The notes under the pieces are model-generated. The model did not search any database. It saw only the letters and a program-made list of their open reading frames with translations, and was not told the origin of the DNA. A stretch of DNA of 64,000 bases. Source: Candidatus Dojkabacteria bacterium (lineage in GTDB: Bacteria > Patescibacteriota > Dojkabacteria > B142 > OLB20). The position numbers and the translations under genes were made by a program. This document shows, piece after piece, positions 34,522 to 44,014 of the stretch. The stretch lies in contig CP129475.1 in NCBI GenBank assembly GCA_030583785.1, positions 614,535 to 678,534 on the forward strand. Reading direction: 5' to 3'. Position 1 is the first letter of the stretch, and every line of letters begins with the position of its first letter.

Positions 34522-35807
34522 GCCTTTACTTCGCCTTTAACACGCATCTGCACTACTATTGCCAGAAACGCAACAACACCGAAAAGAACCATCAGCATCG
34601 AGTATTCTGGAACAGTTACAGCTACCGGAAAGAACCCCAAGAAGAGCAAAATCAAAGGTAATAAAGATCGCAGAGAATATTTTGCTCCCATTGTTCTTGC
34701 ACTTAAATACATCATCATGCCACCTATTAGAAGCAGAGCAATAAGAAAAGCTCCGTATAGAGGCATTGAAAACTCTACACCCGAAGACAACGGAACAAAG
34801 AAATCAATTGTCGGATCTAAAGTAAAACTGGATAAGTAATGGATGAGCGGAAAAAACACGACAAACAAAACTGTATAGATACTCATATCAACATAGCTCA
34901 TCGCCTTCTTGGCCTTGTTTGCCAGGAATAAAAGCGCCGCAATGAAAACTACATAGATTGGAGTCATAGTCAGATAAACCCTCGAAACTTGAGCTGCAGG
35001 ATCCATCTTTCCACCGACATTGACAGACACAACAGGGGCCGAGAACAGCTTTTCTTTATCCCATGTAAGTTTTACTCCGTTGTCTGAAAACTCTCTTACA
35101 TCAACACTTAACCCATAATTTACATTGTAAGACCTAGTGCCTTCTATTGTTACCTCGAGCGCAAAATCTTGTGCATCAACTGAGTCCATCCATCCACTAT
35201 ACTCAAACATTGACAATCCAACCGTGTTATAGCTTATGCGAATCTCTCTTTCTGTACCAGCATCCATTTCTCCTTTCCATTCGATTTTATTATTAACATA
35301 GCCATAATAAGCATCAATGGTTTCAGATTTCTTGATTGGATAATCGACTCCATCTACAAGCAGAATAACATTAGATACTTCGTCTGCAGAAGGGTTAACT
35401 GGCAAAGGAAAACTAAATGTCGTTTCGACCTTACGATCAGAGGTATTCATAACCACATAGTCTGCAAGGAAAGTTGTTTTATAGGTTGGCTGATAACTCA
35501 ATCCAACTTTTACAAAATCCGCGACAATTTTAACCTCAGCATCGGTGGAAACAATCCTCACTACATTATCTGTACTGAGTTTTCTTTCTTCACCCTGTGT
35601 TATTAAATATGTTTTTTCTAGCGCAGGAGCCTGCTGAGTCAACGGGCCATTATATACCTCACCGATGTTCATGTAATTGTCATAAAATACACCACTTCGA
35701 TAAGACGAAACAGTTGACATGACAACGCTAAAGAGCGCAATCAGCATCGTAAAAACTATGCCGAGCAGAATATATCCAGTGAGTTTACCTGGAATCTTTA
35801 ATGACAT
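34518..35807 (-). CDS. CreD-like inner membrane protein
   Basis: N-terminal TM, ~250-aa extracytoplasmic domain, then a C-terminal cluster of ~5 TM helices. 429 aa. Confidence 0.4.
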   Translation of the reverse strand: MSLKIPGKLTGYILLGIVFTMLIALFSVVMSTVSSYRSGVFYDNYMNIGEVYNGPLTQQAPALEKTYLITQGEERKLSTDNVVRIVSTDAEVKIVADFVKVGLSYQPTYKTTFLADYVVMNTSDRKVETTFSFPLPVNPSADEVSNVILLVDGVDYPIKKSETIDAYYGYVNNKIEWKGEMDAGTEREIRISYNTVGLSMFEYSGWMDSVDAQDFALEVTIEGTRSYNVNYGLSVDVREFSDNGVKLTWDKEKLFSAPVVSVNVGGKMDPAAQVSRVYLTMTPIYVVFIAALLFLANKAKKAMSYVDMSIYTVLFVVFFPLIHYLSSFTLDPTIDFFVPLSSGVEFSMPLYGAFLIALLLIGGMMMYLSARTMGAKYSLRSLLPLILLFLGFFPVAVTVPEYSMLMVLFGVVAFLAIVVQMRVKGEVKA

Positions 35808-35894
35808 ATGCTGGGATATAAAAAATAAATTAGATTTGCTTGAATTGAAGCTAATGCTTACAATTCATGTACAATATCGAAAATAAGTCAGCGC

Positions 35895-36554
35895 ATGTTA
35901 CAAGTTCACATCCTCACAATCTTTCCCGAAATGTTCGCTTCGCCCTTTGCCGAAAGTATAATTAGACGGGCAATAGATAAGGGGACTCTTTCAATTAGTA
36001 TACATGATTTAAGAAAGTGGACTAAAGACAAGCATCGAAGCGTCGATGACAAGCCTTTCGGAGGAGGACCGGGCATGGTCATGATGGTAGAGCCGATCTA
36101 CCTAGCAATAGAAGAGATAAAAGCACAATTGAATGAGGATCCTTTCATTATCGTTACAGGTGCAAAGGGTAAACAGTTCAATCAACAGGCAGCCGAAGAG
36201 CTCAGTAAGAAATCCTCAATCATAATTATATGTGGCAGGTATGAAGGTATAGATCAAAGAGTTGTAGACCATATAGCCGATACAGAATACTCGATAGGTC
36301 CATATGTACTCACCGGAGGCGAACTTCCTGCAATGGTTATGACAGATTCAATAAGTAGACTTTTACCAGATGTTTTAGGAAACAGCGAATCTCTTGATTA
36401 CGAATCTCATTCAGCAGAAGGCGTTCTTGAAGCACCACAGTATACTAGACCTGCAGAGTTCACTACAGCAGATGGTCAGATTTGGGCTGTCCCTGAAATC
36501 CTGTTAAGTGGAAATCATCAAGCAATCGACGAATGGCGAAAAAATCAAGGATAA
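35895..36554 (+). CDS. trmD: tRNA (guanine37-N1)-methyltransferase
   Basis: ILTIFPEMF, DKPFGGGPGMVM and IIICGRYEGIDQR (SPOUT TrmD motifs). Confidence 0.9.
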   Translation: MLQVHILTIFPEMFASPFAESIIRRAIDKGTLSISIHDLRKWTKDKHRSVDDKPFGGGPGMVMMVEPIYLAIEEIKAQLNEDPFIIVTGAKGKQFNQQAAEELSKKSSIIIICGRYEGIDQRVVDHIADTEYSIGPYVLTGGELPAMVMTDSISRLLPDVLGNSESLDYESHSAEGVLEAPQYTRPAEFTTADGQIWAVPEILLSGNHQAIDEWRKNQG

Positions 36555-37087
36555 ATAAAACTGCAGTTATTGTTTCTTTTCTCCTGAATCCTTTGATAAT
36601 GGTATTCTTACAATTATTGCTTATTCATAGAGTTTATAATGTTTCTCTAGAGTCAATCTTGCTTACTACATCTGCATTCATCGTCCCTGTGATCGGTTAT
36701 ATACTATTTGCTGTTGTTATAACCAAGAGAGCGGATTACGAGTTTACAAACAAGGAGAGTCGTTTTCCGGTGCTTGTTATTGCGTTGCTTGGCTTAATGA
36801 TTTCAATTGCGATATCTCTTCAAATTAATTCCGTTTTAACAGAATATTTGCTTAAGTTTCTGGTGATTATGTTAATCCTTTCGATTTTGACCTACTACTG
36901 GAAGGTTAGTTTTCATGCAACCTTTTTTGGGTTAACAGTTTTGTATTTTGCAAGCCTTGTATCAAGCGTTTTGCTTCTACTCTATTTATTGCTACCTTTA
37001 TTGTTCTGGGCCAGAATGGAACTAAAGAAGCATACGCTGCTCCAACTAATTATCGGAAGCTTAATTCCGCTTATTGCTGTTCTTTAA
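36533..37087 (+). CDS. integral membrane protein, hypothetical
   Basis: 184 aa, 5-6 hydrophobic helices. Overlaps the trmD stop. Confidence 0.4.
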   Translation: MAKKSRINKTAVIVSFLLNPLIMVFLQLLLIHRVYNVSLESILLTTSAFIVPVIGYILFAVVITKRADYEFTNKESRFPVLVIALLGLMISIAISLQINSVLTEYLLKFLVIMLILSILTYYWKVSFHATFFGLTVLYFASLVSSVLLLLYLLLPLLFWARMELKKHTLLQLIIGSLIPLIAVL

Positions 37088-37724
37088 AAACTTTGATTAT
37101 TTCATGAAGTTCAGAAGCAACTTCGTCAATACTTTTTGATCCATCAATCTCGTGAAGTATGCCGATTTCTCGGTAATGATCGACAACGGGACCGGTTTTG
37201 GTTCGATCTTCTGACAACCTCATCTTAACGGCATCGGGTTTATCGTCGGCTCTTTGAAGTAATGTTGCACCATCTTTGTCGCAAACACCTGCGACCTTAG
37301 GTGGGTCGAAAAGAGTGTGGTAGACGGTATTACATACCGGGCAAGTCCATCTGTTGGCAAGCCTTTTAACTGCTTCTTCGTCGCTTAAGTTAAAGTAGAT
37401 TACTTTGTCGATCTTCTTTTCGATAGAGGCCAGCATTTCTTCTGTAGGTTTAATTTGCTCTAAAGTGCGAACCACACCATTTAAGACAATATCGTCGGCC
37501 TCTGCCTTGGATATGTGTTTTTTTAAGATCTCTAATACAAGCTCGTCTGGTACAAGTTTACCCGCATCGTAATATTGCTTTGATTTCATTCCAAGTTCAG
37601 TATTATCTTGCATTTCTTGTCGAAACAAAGAGCCGGTAGAAATGTTTGCAAAGCCTGAACTTTCTAATAGTTGAGTCTGAGTATCTTTTCCGCTGCCTTT
37701 AGGACCTACAAATAAAAGTATCAT
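37071..37724 (-). CDS. adk: adenylate kinase
   Basis: P-loop GPKGSGKDTQ, and a zinc lid with CPVCNTVYH...CDKDG. Confidence 0.85.
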   Translation of the reverse strand: MILLFVGPKGSGKDTQTQLLESSGFANISTGSLFRQEMQDNTELGMKSKQYYDAGKLVPDELVLEILKKHISKAEADDIVLNGVVRTLEQIKPTEEMLASIEKKIDKVIYFNLSDEEAVKRLANRWTCPVCNTVYHTLFDPPKVAGVCDKDGATLLQRADDKPDAVKMRLSEDRTKTGPVVDHYREIGILHEIDGSKSIDEVASELHEIIKVFKEQQ

Positions 37725-37733
37725 TAGAAAAAT

Positions 37734-38495
37734 TCAATTAAAGAAAAAAATATGTAGAACAATACTAAATATCACAAGCACAACACTGAAAGCAACAAGA
37801 AAAGACTCGATTATTTTACTAATTTTACCCTGATAGAAATTATTTTTCGTTGAGAACAGTAGCCCAAGCACTATTCCAGATAATAATCCGCCAATATGTG
37901 CTGCATTGTTTATTGAAAAACCTGACCCGACAACATTGAACCCGAATCCGAACATTAAGTTAATAATTACAAAAAACCATAATCCACTAATATTGACAGG
38001 TATTCTAGGATTGTAGTCGTCGTTTTTATAGCTGTTGCCGAGTAATAGACCAATTAATCCAAAAACAGCACCCGAAGCACCAACCGATATTGGGTAAACT
38101 GTAGTTGCTCCCCCTGTAGAAAAAGCACCTACCAAAGAAACAACAACGCTGGCAATAGATCCAAAGAAGGCAGACAATACATAAACTGCCAAAAGTTTTC
38201 GGCGACCGTAAAATAGTTCTATAGCTTCTCCGAGTCCGAACAGCACATACATATTTAGTGCTAAGTGTATTAAACTGCCATGCAGAAATGCGGGAAGCAC
38301 GAGTCTCCAAACTTGCCCCGAAAGAATGCTGGGTAGATGTTCAGCTCCAAATATATAAAGGGTGCGGGTATCGCTGGAAAACATATTGGTATTTCCCCAG
38401 AAAAAAAAGCTGAAGGCTACAGTTAAGATATAAACAATAATATTAATTGCGACAAGAACATGCGTAATTTTAATATTTGAAACGAAACTCGACAT
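37734..38495 (-). CDS. rhomboid-family intramembrane serine protease
   Basis: GASGAVFGLIG (GxSG catalytic Ser) and AHIGGLLSG (catalytic His) within a 6-TM core. Confidence 0.8.
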   Translation of the reverse strand: MSSFVSNIKITHVLVAINIIVYILTVAFSFFFWGNTNMFSSDTRTLYIFGAEHLPSILSGQVWRLVLPAFLHGSLIHLALNMYVLFGLGEAIELFYGRRKLLAVYVLSAFFGSIASVVVSLVGAFSTGGATTVYPISVGASGAVFGLIGLLLGNSYKNDDYNPRIPVNISGLWFFVIINLMFGFGFNVVGSGFSINNAAHIGGLLSGIVLGLLFSTKNNFYQGKISKIIESFLVAFSVVLVIFSIVLHIFFFN

Positions 38496-38525
38496 GTTAG
38501 AATAAGAATAATTTAGGATTAGCAG

Positions 38526-38795
38526 ATGACAACGGACAGCACAAAAAAATCAATACTAATGTATTCTACCTCATGGTGCTCAGATTGCATTAGAGCAAAA
38601 ATGTTTTTTGATGAGCATAAAATAGATTATACCGAAATCGACATAGATTATGACAGCGACGCAGAAGCTAAAGTTCTTAAACTTAATAAGGGTTTAAGGT
38701 CTGTGCCGACAATCATTATTAGCCAAGAAGGCAAAGAAGATCTGATTCTTGTCGAACCTGATCGAAGAAGACTTGAAGAAACATTTCTTAAATAG
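38526..38795 (+). CDS. glutaredoxin-like (NrdH/YruB-type) thiol-disulfide protein
   Basis: YSTSWCSDCIRAK (CxxC) and SVPTIII cis-Pro motif. 89 aa. Confidence 0.7.
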   Translation: MTTDSTKKSILMYSTSWCSDCIRAKMFFDEHKIDYTEIDIDYDSDAEAKVLKLNKGLRSVPTIIISQEGKEDLILVEPDRRRLEETFLK

Positions 38796-38817
38796 AGTCT
38801 TATAAAGAAAGCTATAA

Positions 38818-40392
38818 CTAAATCTTTTCTATCTTGTAGCATACAATCTCGTCGCCGGCAGCAAGGTCGGCATATGAAGGCTCAAACAGTATTCCGCAAT
38901 CCTGTCCCTTTTTAACTTCTTTCACTTCGTTTTTATTCTGTCTTAGCTGAGTAATTTTCGCATCTGCCATCTCGGTACCTGCTCTGTCTATGAATATTCT
39001 GTAACCTTTGACAACCGTACCCTTAACAACTTCGCAACCTGCAACGATAGATTTGTTTGACAGCACGAATACTTGCTTAACTCTTGCTCTAGCAACCTCA
39101 ACCTTTTCGAGGATCGGATCTGCCATGCTGTTCATAGCATCGGCGATCTCGTCGACCATCTCGTAAATAATATCGTACGACCTAACTAAGACTCTGTCTT
39201 TTTGAGCAAGATCAGATACTTTTTTGGGAACATCGACCTGAAATCCAAGCACAACAGCTCTTGCAGCCTTGGCTGTTTGAACATCTCTTTCTGTAATTGG
39301 ACCTACACCTGAATCAATGACTTTGATCTGAACTTCTTCGTCGTTAAGGTTTACTAGTTCATGGGTTGCCGCTTCGAGAGTACCCTGAGAGTCAGTTTTA
39401 AGCACAACATTAAGGAACTTTATTTCGTCTTCGGTTTTAGCATCGGCAAGCAGGTCGGCAAGAAAAGCAAGATCGTTCTCCTCGCCAGGTTCTTCGTTTT
39501 CTTTTTCTGCTTCAAGTAAATCTCTTTCACCAAGTTGAATTTCTTTACTTAGCTGTTTTGCAGTTTTTTCGTCGGCAACAATATTTATATACGATCCGGT
39601 TGGCAAAACATTATCAATGCCAATAATATTTATCGGGTCACCCTGTTCTGCAGTCGCTAATTGTTCGCCGTTTTCATTCATTAGAGTGCGAATTTTTGAA
39701 TATCCCTGTTCATGAATAACATAACTCCCCTGTTTAATTTCGCCGGACTTTACAAGTACCAAAGAAACGGGTCCAAGAGCTTTATCAAGAACTGACTCAA
39801 GTATAAACGCTGTCCCCTGCATACCCTGCGGAGCATCAACCTTTTGGATTTCTTGAAGTTCTGCAGTAGCAAGAATTGATTCAAGTAGCTCGTTAATACC
39901 TGTTTTCTTTATCGCTGATACCTCGTTAACAATGACACTTCCTCCGTATTCTTCAATTTCTAGTCCAGCAGATGATAGCTCTTGCTTGAGCTTATTCAGA
40001 TTTTTTCCGGGAATATCGATTTTATTAATTGCTACTACAATTGGAACATTGCTTTCTTTGGCGAATGCTATTGACTCTTTGGTTTGTGGTTGCACTCCGT
40101 CGTCTGCTGCAACAACAAGTAAAACAATATCTGTCACTTTTGCACCTCTTGATCTCATAGAGCTAAATGCTTCGTGTCCAGGTGTGTCGATAAATGATAT
40201 TTTTTGCCCCTCAAAATCAATTTGATGAGCTCTGGTATTTTGTGTAATTCCGCCAATTTCTCCTGAAGTGACATCAGTTCCGCGGATTGCATCTAACAAT
40301 GATGTCTTACCGTGGTCTACATGCCCCATAACGGCAACTATAGGGGTTCTTTTGATATCGTACTTATTTTGTTTATTCTTCTTTTCAGCCAC
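38818..40392 (-). CDS. infB: translation initiation factor IF-2 (short form)
   Basis: PIVAVMGHVDHGKTSLLD G1, DTPGHEAF G3, NKID G4. 524 aa, lacking the long N-terminal region typical of most bacterial IF-2. Confidence 0.9.
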   Translation of the reverse strand: MAEKKNKQNKYDIKRTPIVAVMGHVDHGKTSLLDAIRGTDVTSGEIGGITQNTRAHQIDFEGQKISFIDTPGHEAFSSMRSRGAKVTDIVLLVVAADDGVQPQTKESIAFAKESNVPIVVAINKIDIPGKNLNKLKQELSSAGLEIEEYGGSVIVNEVSAIKKTGINELLESILATAELQEIQKVDAPQGMQGTAFILESVLDKALGPVSLVLVKSGEIKQGSYVIHEQGYSKIRTLMNENGEQLATAEQGDPINIIGIDNVLPTGSYINIVADEKTAKQLSKEIQLGERDLLEAEKENEEPGEENDLAFLADLLADAKTEDEIKFLNVVLKTDSQGTLEAATHELVNLNDEEVQIKVIDSGVGPITERDVQTAKAARAVVLGFQVDVPKKVSDLAQKDRVLVRSYDIIYEMVDEIADAMNSMADPILEKVEVARARVKQVFVLSNKSIVAGCEVVKGTVVKGYRIFIDRAGTEMADAKITQLRQNKNEVKEVKKGQDCGILFEPSYADLAAGDEIVCYKIEKI

Positions 40393-40498
40393 AGTTTGTT
40401 TTAATTACTAAGGGATTCTAACACATTGGGCACTTATAATTAAGTTAAATTTCGATAATTGATCTGCTATAATAACGACTAGCAATTAATTAGTTCGA

Positions 40499-41437
40499 GT
40501 GCCAATGGCCAAAAGAGATTATTACGACATTTTAGGGATAGAAAAGTCTGCAACAACAAAGCAGATCAAATCCGCATATCGTAAGCTTGCCAAGGAATAC
40601 CATCCCGACAGAAATAAAAGCGCAGATGCTGAAGAAAAGTTCAAAGAAGTTCAAGAAGCTTACGAAATACTTTCAGACGATCAAAAACGAAAAGCATATG
40701 ACCAATATGGACACGCAGGAACACAGGGTTTTGGCGGAGCCGGTGCAGGTTTTGACTTTAGTGGCGGCATGGGCGGTATAAATTTTGACTTTGGAGATTT
40801 TGGATCAATTGAGGATATTTTCGAACAATTTTTTGGTGGCGGCATGGGTGGCATGAGAAACAGACCAAGACGAGGCCAAGACATAGGTGTTCGCTTAACA
40901 ATAAAATTTAAAGAGGCAGTGTTTGGAGTAGAAAAAGAAATTAACTACAGAGTTCGCGAAGCTTCTGGATCAGATAAAACCGAGACCATGAAAATTAAGA
41001 TTCCGGCAGGAATTCCTGATAATGCAGTGCTTCGTTTTCAAAACAAAGGACATGCAGGAATCAACGGCGGCCCTTCAGGTGACCTACTTGTAAATATCGA
41101 GGTTGAAATTGACGACACCTTTGAAAGAAGAGGTTCTGACATCTATACAAACATAGAGATCGATGTGTTCAAGGCAGTTCTTGGAGCAGAAGTTGACATC
41201 GACACAGTTCACGGAAAAACAAAACTAAAAATCCCTGCCGGCATACAGCCAGAAACCGTGCTTCGTCTGTCAGGAAAAGGCGGACCAAAACTTAGAGGCA
41301 ATGGTACAGGCGACCAGTATACACGCGTTATGATTAAGATTCCGAAAAAACTTTCAACCGAGCAAAAAAAGCTTTGGGAGGAACTTTCAACAAAAGAATC
41401 AAAGCCCGGATTTGTTGATCGAATTTTTGGAAAGTAA
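40499..41437 (+). CDS. DnaJ-family co-chaperone without zinc-finger (class II, CbpA-like)
   Basis: J-domain with YHPDRN (HPD), then a G/F-rich region. No CxxCxGxG repeats. C-terminal substrate-binding domains. Confidence 0.75.
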   Translation: MPMAKRDYYDILGIEKSATTKQIKSAYRKLAKEYHPDRNKSADAEEKFKEVQEAYEILSDDQKRKAYDQYGHAGTQGFGGAGAGFDFSGGMGGINFDFGDFGSIEDIFEQFFGGGMGGMRNRPRRGQDIGVRLTIKFKEAVFGVEKEINYRVREASGSDKTETMKIKIPAGIPDNAVLRFQNKGHAGINGGPSGDLLVNIEVEIDDTFERRGSDIYTNIEIDVFKAVLGAEVDIDTVHGKTKLKIPAGIQPETVLRLSGKGGPKLRGNGTGDQYTRVMIKIPKKLSTEQKKLWEELSTKESKPGFVDRIFGK

Positions 41438-41526
41438 ACCAGAAATAAAAAATTGTGGATAAATAAAATTTTTCCGTTCTAACCACAACCTCCACAACAC
41501 ATTTCATTTGAAGTGTATATTTGAAT

Positions 41527-41575
41527 TTGACAAAATAAATTTTTAATGCGTATACTGATGTCATACGCATCGAGA
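41527..41575 (+). promoter_or_regulatory. sigma70-like promoter with overlapping perfect palindrome (operator candidate)
   Basis: TTGACA (41527-41532), 18-nt spacer, TATACT (41551-41556). The inverted repeat ATGCGTATAC/GTCATACGCAT (41545-41572 approx.) spans the -10 box. Confidence 0.45.
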
Positions 41576-41597
41576 ATTAATTTGTACCTTAATACAT

Positions 41598-42368
41598 ATG
41601 GTCAATTTGCAAGATACATGCTGTCTAGACATATCCTTCGATCCCGATAGCAATTCCCTCCTTTTTAACGACCAAGTAACCCCAACCGAGTCAAGAAAAA
41701 TAATGCTTAAAAATCTTACTCCGGCACTATTAAACAAAAACCTTACTTACCCAAGACAAGTGTACGAGGAGTATATACAGGTATCACATATTGAAGATAT
41801 CGAAATTATGCAGAAAGGCTTCTATTACGATTTAATCTGCCTTCCATCGGGTCTACTGGGAGTAGAATTCATAAAATCGCATGTTTACTATTCGCCTTTA
41901 TCCGACGATAGAATTAGTACATTGGTCGAAGTTCACCTCGGTACCTTAACTGTAATCATGCAAAAAAACAAACCTAGAGGTGAGTATGATTTTCACACCG
42001 AGGTAGACGAAGGATTACTTGTCACATTAAGAAGAGGCGAAAAACTTGCAATACCTCAAGGTTACTTCTACACATTTATTAACACAGAAGAATCCCCGGC
42101 TGTATTTGTAAGAATGCATAGGGGTCATGATGTTATTGATTATTCGCTAATTCAAAAAGAAAGAGGTCTTGCTTATTATGCGATCAGAAAGAACGCCCGA
42201 CTCGAGGTTGTTCTCAACCCAGTGTACAGAGGCATCCCAAAAATAAAAAAAATTAAACCAGAAAACACACTGACACCCTTTTCGATCGACTCAACAAGAT
42301 CGCTCTATACGCAACTCAGAGAAGACATTGGAAGATTTACCGAAATCATTATCGAGGCACATATATAG
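41598..42368 (+). CDS. hypothetical protein, possible cupin-like beta-barrel
   Basis: 256-aa ORF downstream of a strong promoter. Weak cupin-like strand pattern (GEKLAIPQGYFYTFINTEE). Confidence 0.3.
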   Translation: MVNLQDTCCLDISFDPDSNSLLFNDQVTPTESRKIMLKNLTPALLNKNLTYPRQVYEEYIQVSHIEDIEIMQKGFYYDLICLPSGLLGVEFIKSHVYYSPLSDDRISTLVEVHLGTLTVIMQKNKPRGEYDFHTEVDEGLLVTLRRGEKLAIPQGYFYTFINTEESPAVFVRMHRGHDVIDYSLIQKERGLAYYAIRKNARLEVVLNPVYRGIPKIKKIKPENTLTPFSIDSTRSLYTQLREDIGRFTEIIIEAHI

Positions 42369-42399
42369 ATATGCAATAATTGACTAAGCAGCTTTAGTC

Positions 42400-42640
42400 T
42401 TGCTATTATTCGCTTAAGTTCTTCTCGACAGAAAAGGCTTAAATAAGTCCCAGAAAAATGTACGCGAACCATTTTGATGAGAAAGCCTGTGAAGAGCATT
42501 TGTCGAAGCTAGCTTCGAGCAGTTCCAACAATTAAATAGTCAATAAAGTATAATATAAGAGGTGGCACCACTCCTCGTTTTTGGAGTCCTTATGTTTGGC
42601 TATTAGCGTAGTCAGGCATAAGGATTTTTTTATTTTTTAT
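42400..42640 (+). promoter_or_regulatory. T-box-like leader riboswitch upstream of serS with terminator
   Basis: TAAGAGGTGGCACCACTCC (42556-42574) resembles the T-box consensus AGGGUGGNACC. The UGGC would pair with an NCCA end having discriminator G, as in the tRNA-Ser in this window. Followed by terminator tccttatg...cataagga plus T-run (42587-42640). Confidence 0.45.
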
Positions 42641-42649
42641 ATCAAAACT

Positions 42650-44014
42650 ATGGTTGATGTACAGTTTGTAAGAGAAAACCCAGAGCGAATGAGGGCTATC
42701 ATCAATAGCGGAAGAGGCAACCCCGAAAAGGCAAATATCGATCTTTGGCTTAAGCTAGATAAAGAGAGAACACTACTAGTTCAACAACGAGATGCTTTAA
42801 ATACCAAAAAGAATGAGCTAGCAAATTTAGGCAAATCTGGAGCAACAAGCGATGATATCAGAAAAAAAGGACAAGAGCTCAAACAAGAGTCTCAAAAAAT
42901 CGAAGAAAGCCTAACCAGGATCGAGAAAGAATGGCAAGAGATACTTGCGTGGATGCCAAATATTCCACATCAAGATATGCCCGAAGGCAAAGGAGAAGAT
43001 GACAATCTAATAATCAGAGCTTGGGATCCTGCAAATGGTTATGTAGAAAACTTCAACGAAGTGCGTGTAAAAGATTCAGTTAATCCTTTTCCTGCAAGAT
43101 CAATGCATTGGGACAAAGAAGACCTTAAAGCTAAACATCATCTGGAGATTGGAGAAGCACTTGAGCTTATAGATAACAATCAGGGAGCAAAAGTATCCGG
43201 ATCAAGATTTACATACATCGTTGGAGACCTAGCTTTAATGCAGTATGCAATCCAACAATTACTCTTTTCGAAATTGCTGTCTATGGGATTTAAACAAATA
43301 ATCCCTCCCCTGCTGGTTAGAGAAGTTGCATTATTTGGAACAAGTCATTTTCCCGAACAGGTGGATCAGGTCTATAAAATTGACAACACCTATCTTGAAG
43401 ACAGCAGCAAGCCTCTCTACCTTGTTGGCTCTTCAGAGCCATCTAACTTCTCGTACTTCATTGATAAAACTCTAAGCGCAGAAACCCTTCCTATAAAGCT
43501 TTTCGCTTACACTTCTTGTTTTAGGTCAGAGGCGGGATCGTGGGGACGAGATACCAAAGGCATAAAAAGGCTTCATCAGTTCGATAAAATTGAAATGAAT
43601 GTTGTCTGTAACCCCGAAGAATCAGACAAAATATTTGACGAACTTCTGTCAGTTAATGAATGGTTGCTACAAGAGCTTCGACTCCCTTATCATCTGGTTC
43701 TTAAATGCACAGGAGACGCAGGTTACATGGCCAGTTCTAAGCAAATTGATCCAGAAGTCTGGCTTCCTGGTCAAAAGGAGTTTATGGAGGTAATGACAGA
43801 CACCAATACAACCGATTACCAGGCAAGGAGACTAAACATTAAATTCAAGGATGAAACTGGAGCAAAAAAATATGTGCACACAGTTAACGATACTGGAGTT
43901 GCCATGGGAAGAATGTTAATTGCAATCATCGACAATTATCAGCAAGCTGATGGAACGATCAAGGTCCCAGAAGCACTAAGGAAGTTTATGGGCAAAGACT
44001 ATATCGGAAAGTAA
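42650..44014 (+). CDS. serS: seryl-tRNA synthetase
   Basis: N-terminal coiled-coil arm. Class II motifs (motif 2 FRSEAGSWGRDTKGIKRLHQFDKIE, motif 3 GVAMGRMLIAI). Start set to MVDVQFVREN because the longer ORF reads through the leader terminator. Confidence 0.9.
   Translation: MVDVQFVRENPERMRAIINSGRGNPEKANIDLWLKLDKERTLLVQQRDALNTKKNELANLGKSGATSDDIRKKGQELKQESQKIEESLTRIEKEWQEILAWMPNIPHQDMPEGKGEDDNLIIRAWDPANGYVENFNEVRVKDSVNPFPARSMHWDKEDLKAKHHLEIGEALELIDNNQGAKVSGSRFTYIVGDLALMQYAIQQLLFSKLLSMGFKQIIPPLLVREVALFGTSHFPEQVDQVYKIDNTYLEDSSKPLYLVGSSEPSNFSYFIDKTLSAETLPIKLFAYTSCFRSEAGSWGRDTKGIKRLHQFDKIEMNVVCNPEESDKIFDELLSVNEWLLQELRLPYHLVLKCTGDAGYMASSKQIDPEVWLPGQKEFMEVMTDTNTTDYQARRLNIKFKDETGAKKYVHTVNDTGVAMGRMLIAIIDNYQQADGTIKVPEALRKFMGKDYIGK

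Noticed and set aside
40720-40870. Repetitive GGCGGCATGGGCGG / GGTGGCGGCATGGGTGGCATG sequence
   Set aside because: It encodes the Gly/Phe-rich linker of the DnaJ-family protein. It is coding low complexity, not a repeat element or CRISPR.
42581-42649. Longer serS start (MESLCLAISVV...)
   Set aside because: It reads through the terminator hairpin of the leader. Conserved SerRS N-terminus begins at MVDVQFVREN (42650).
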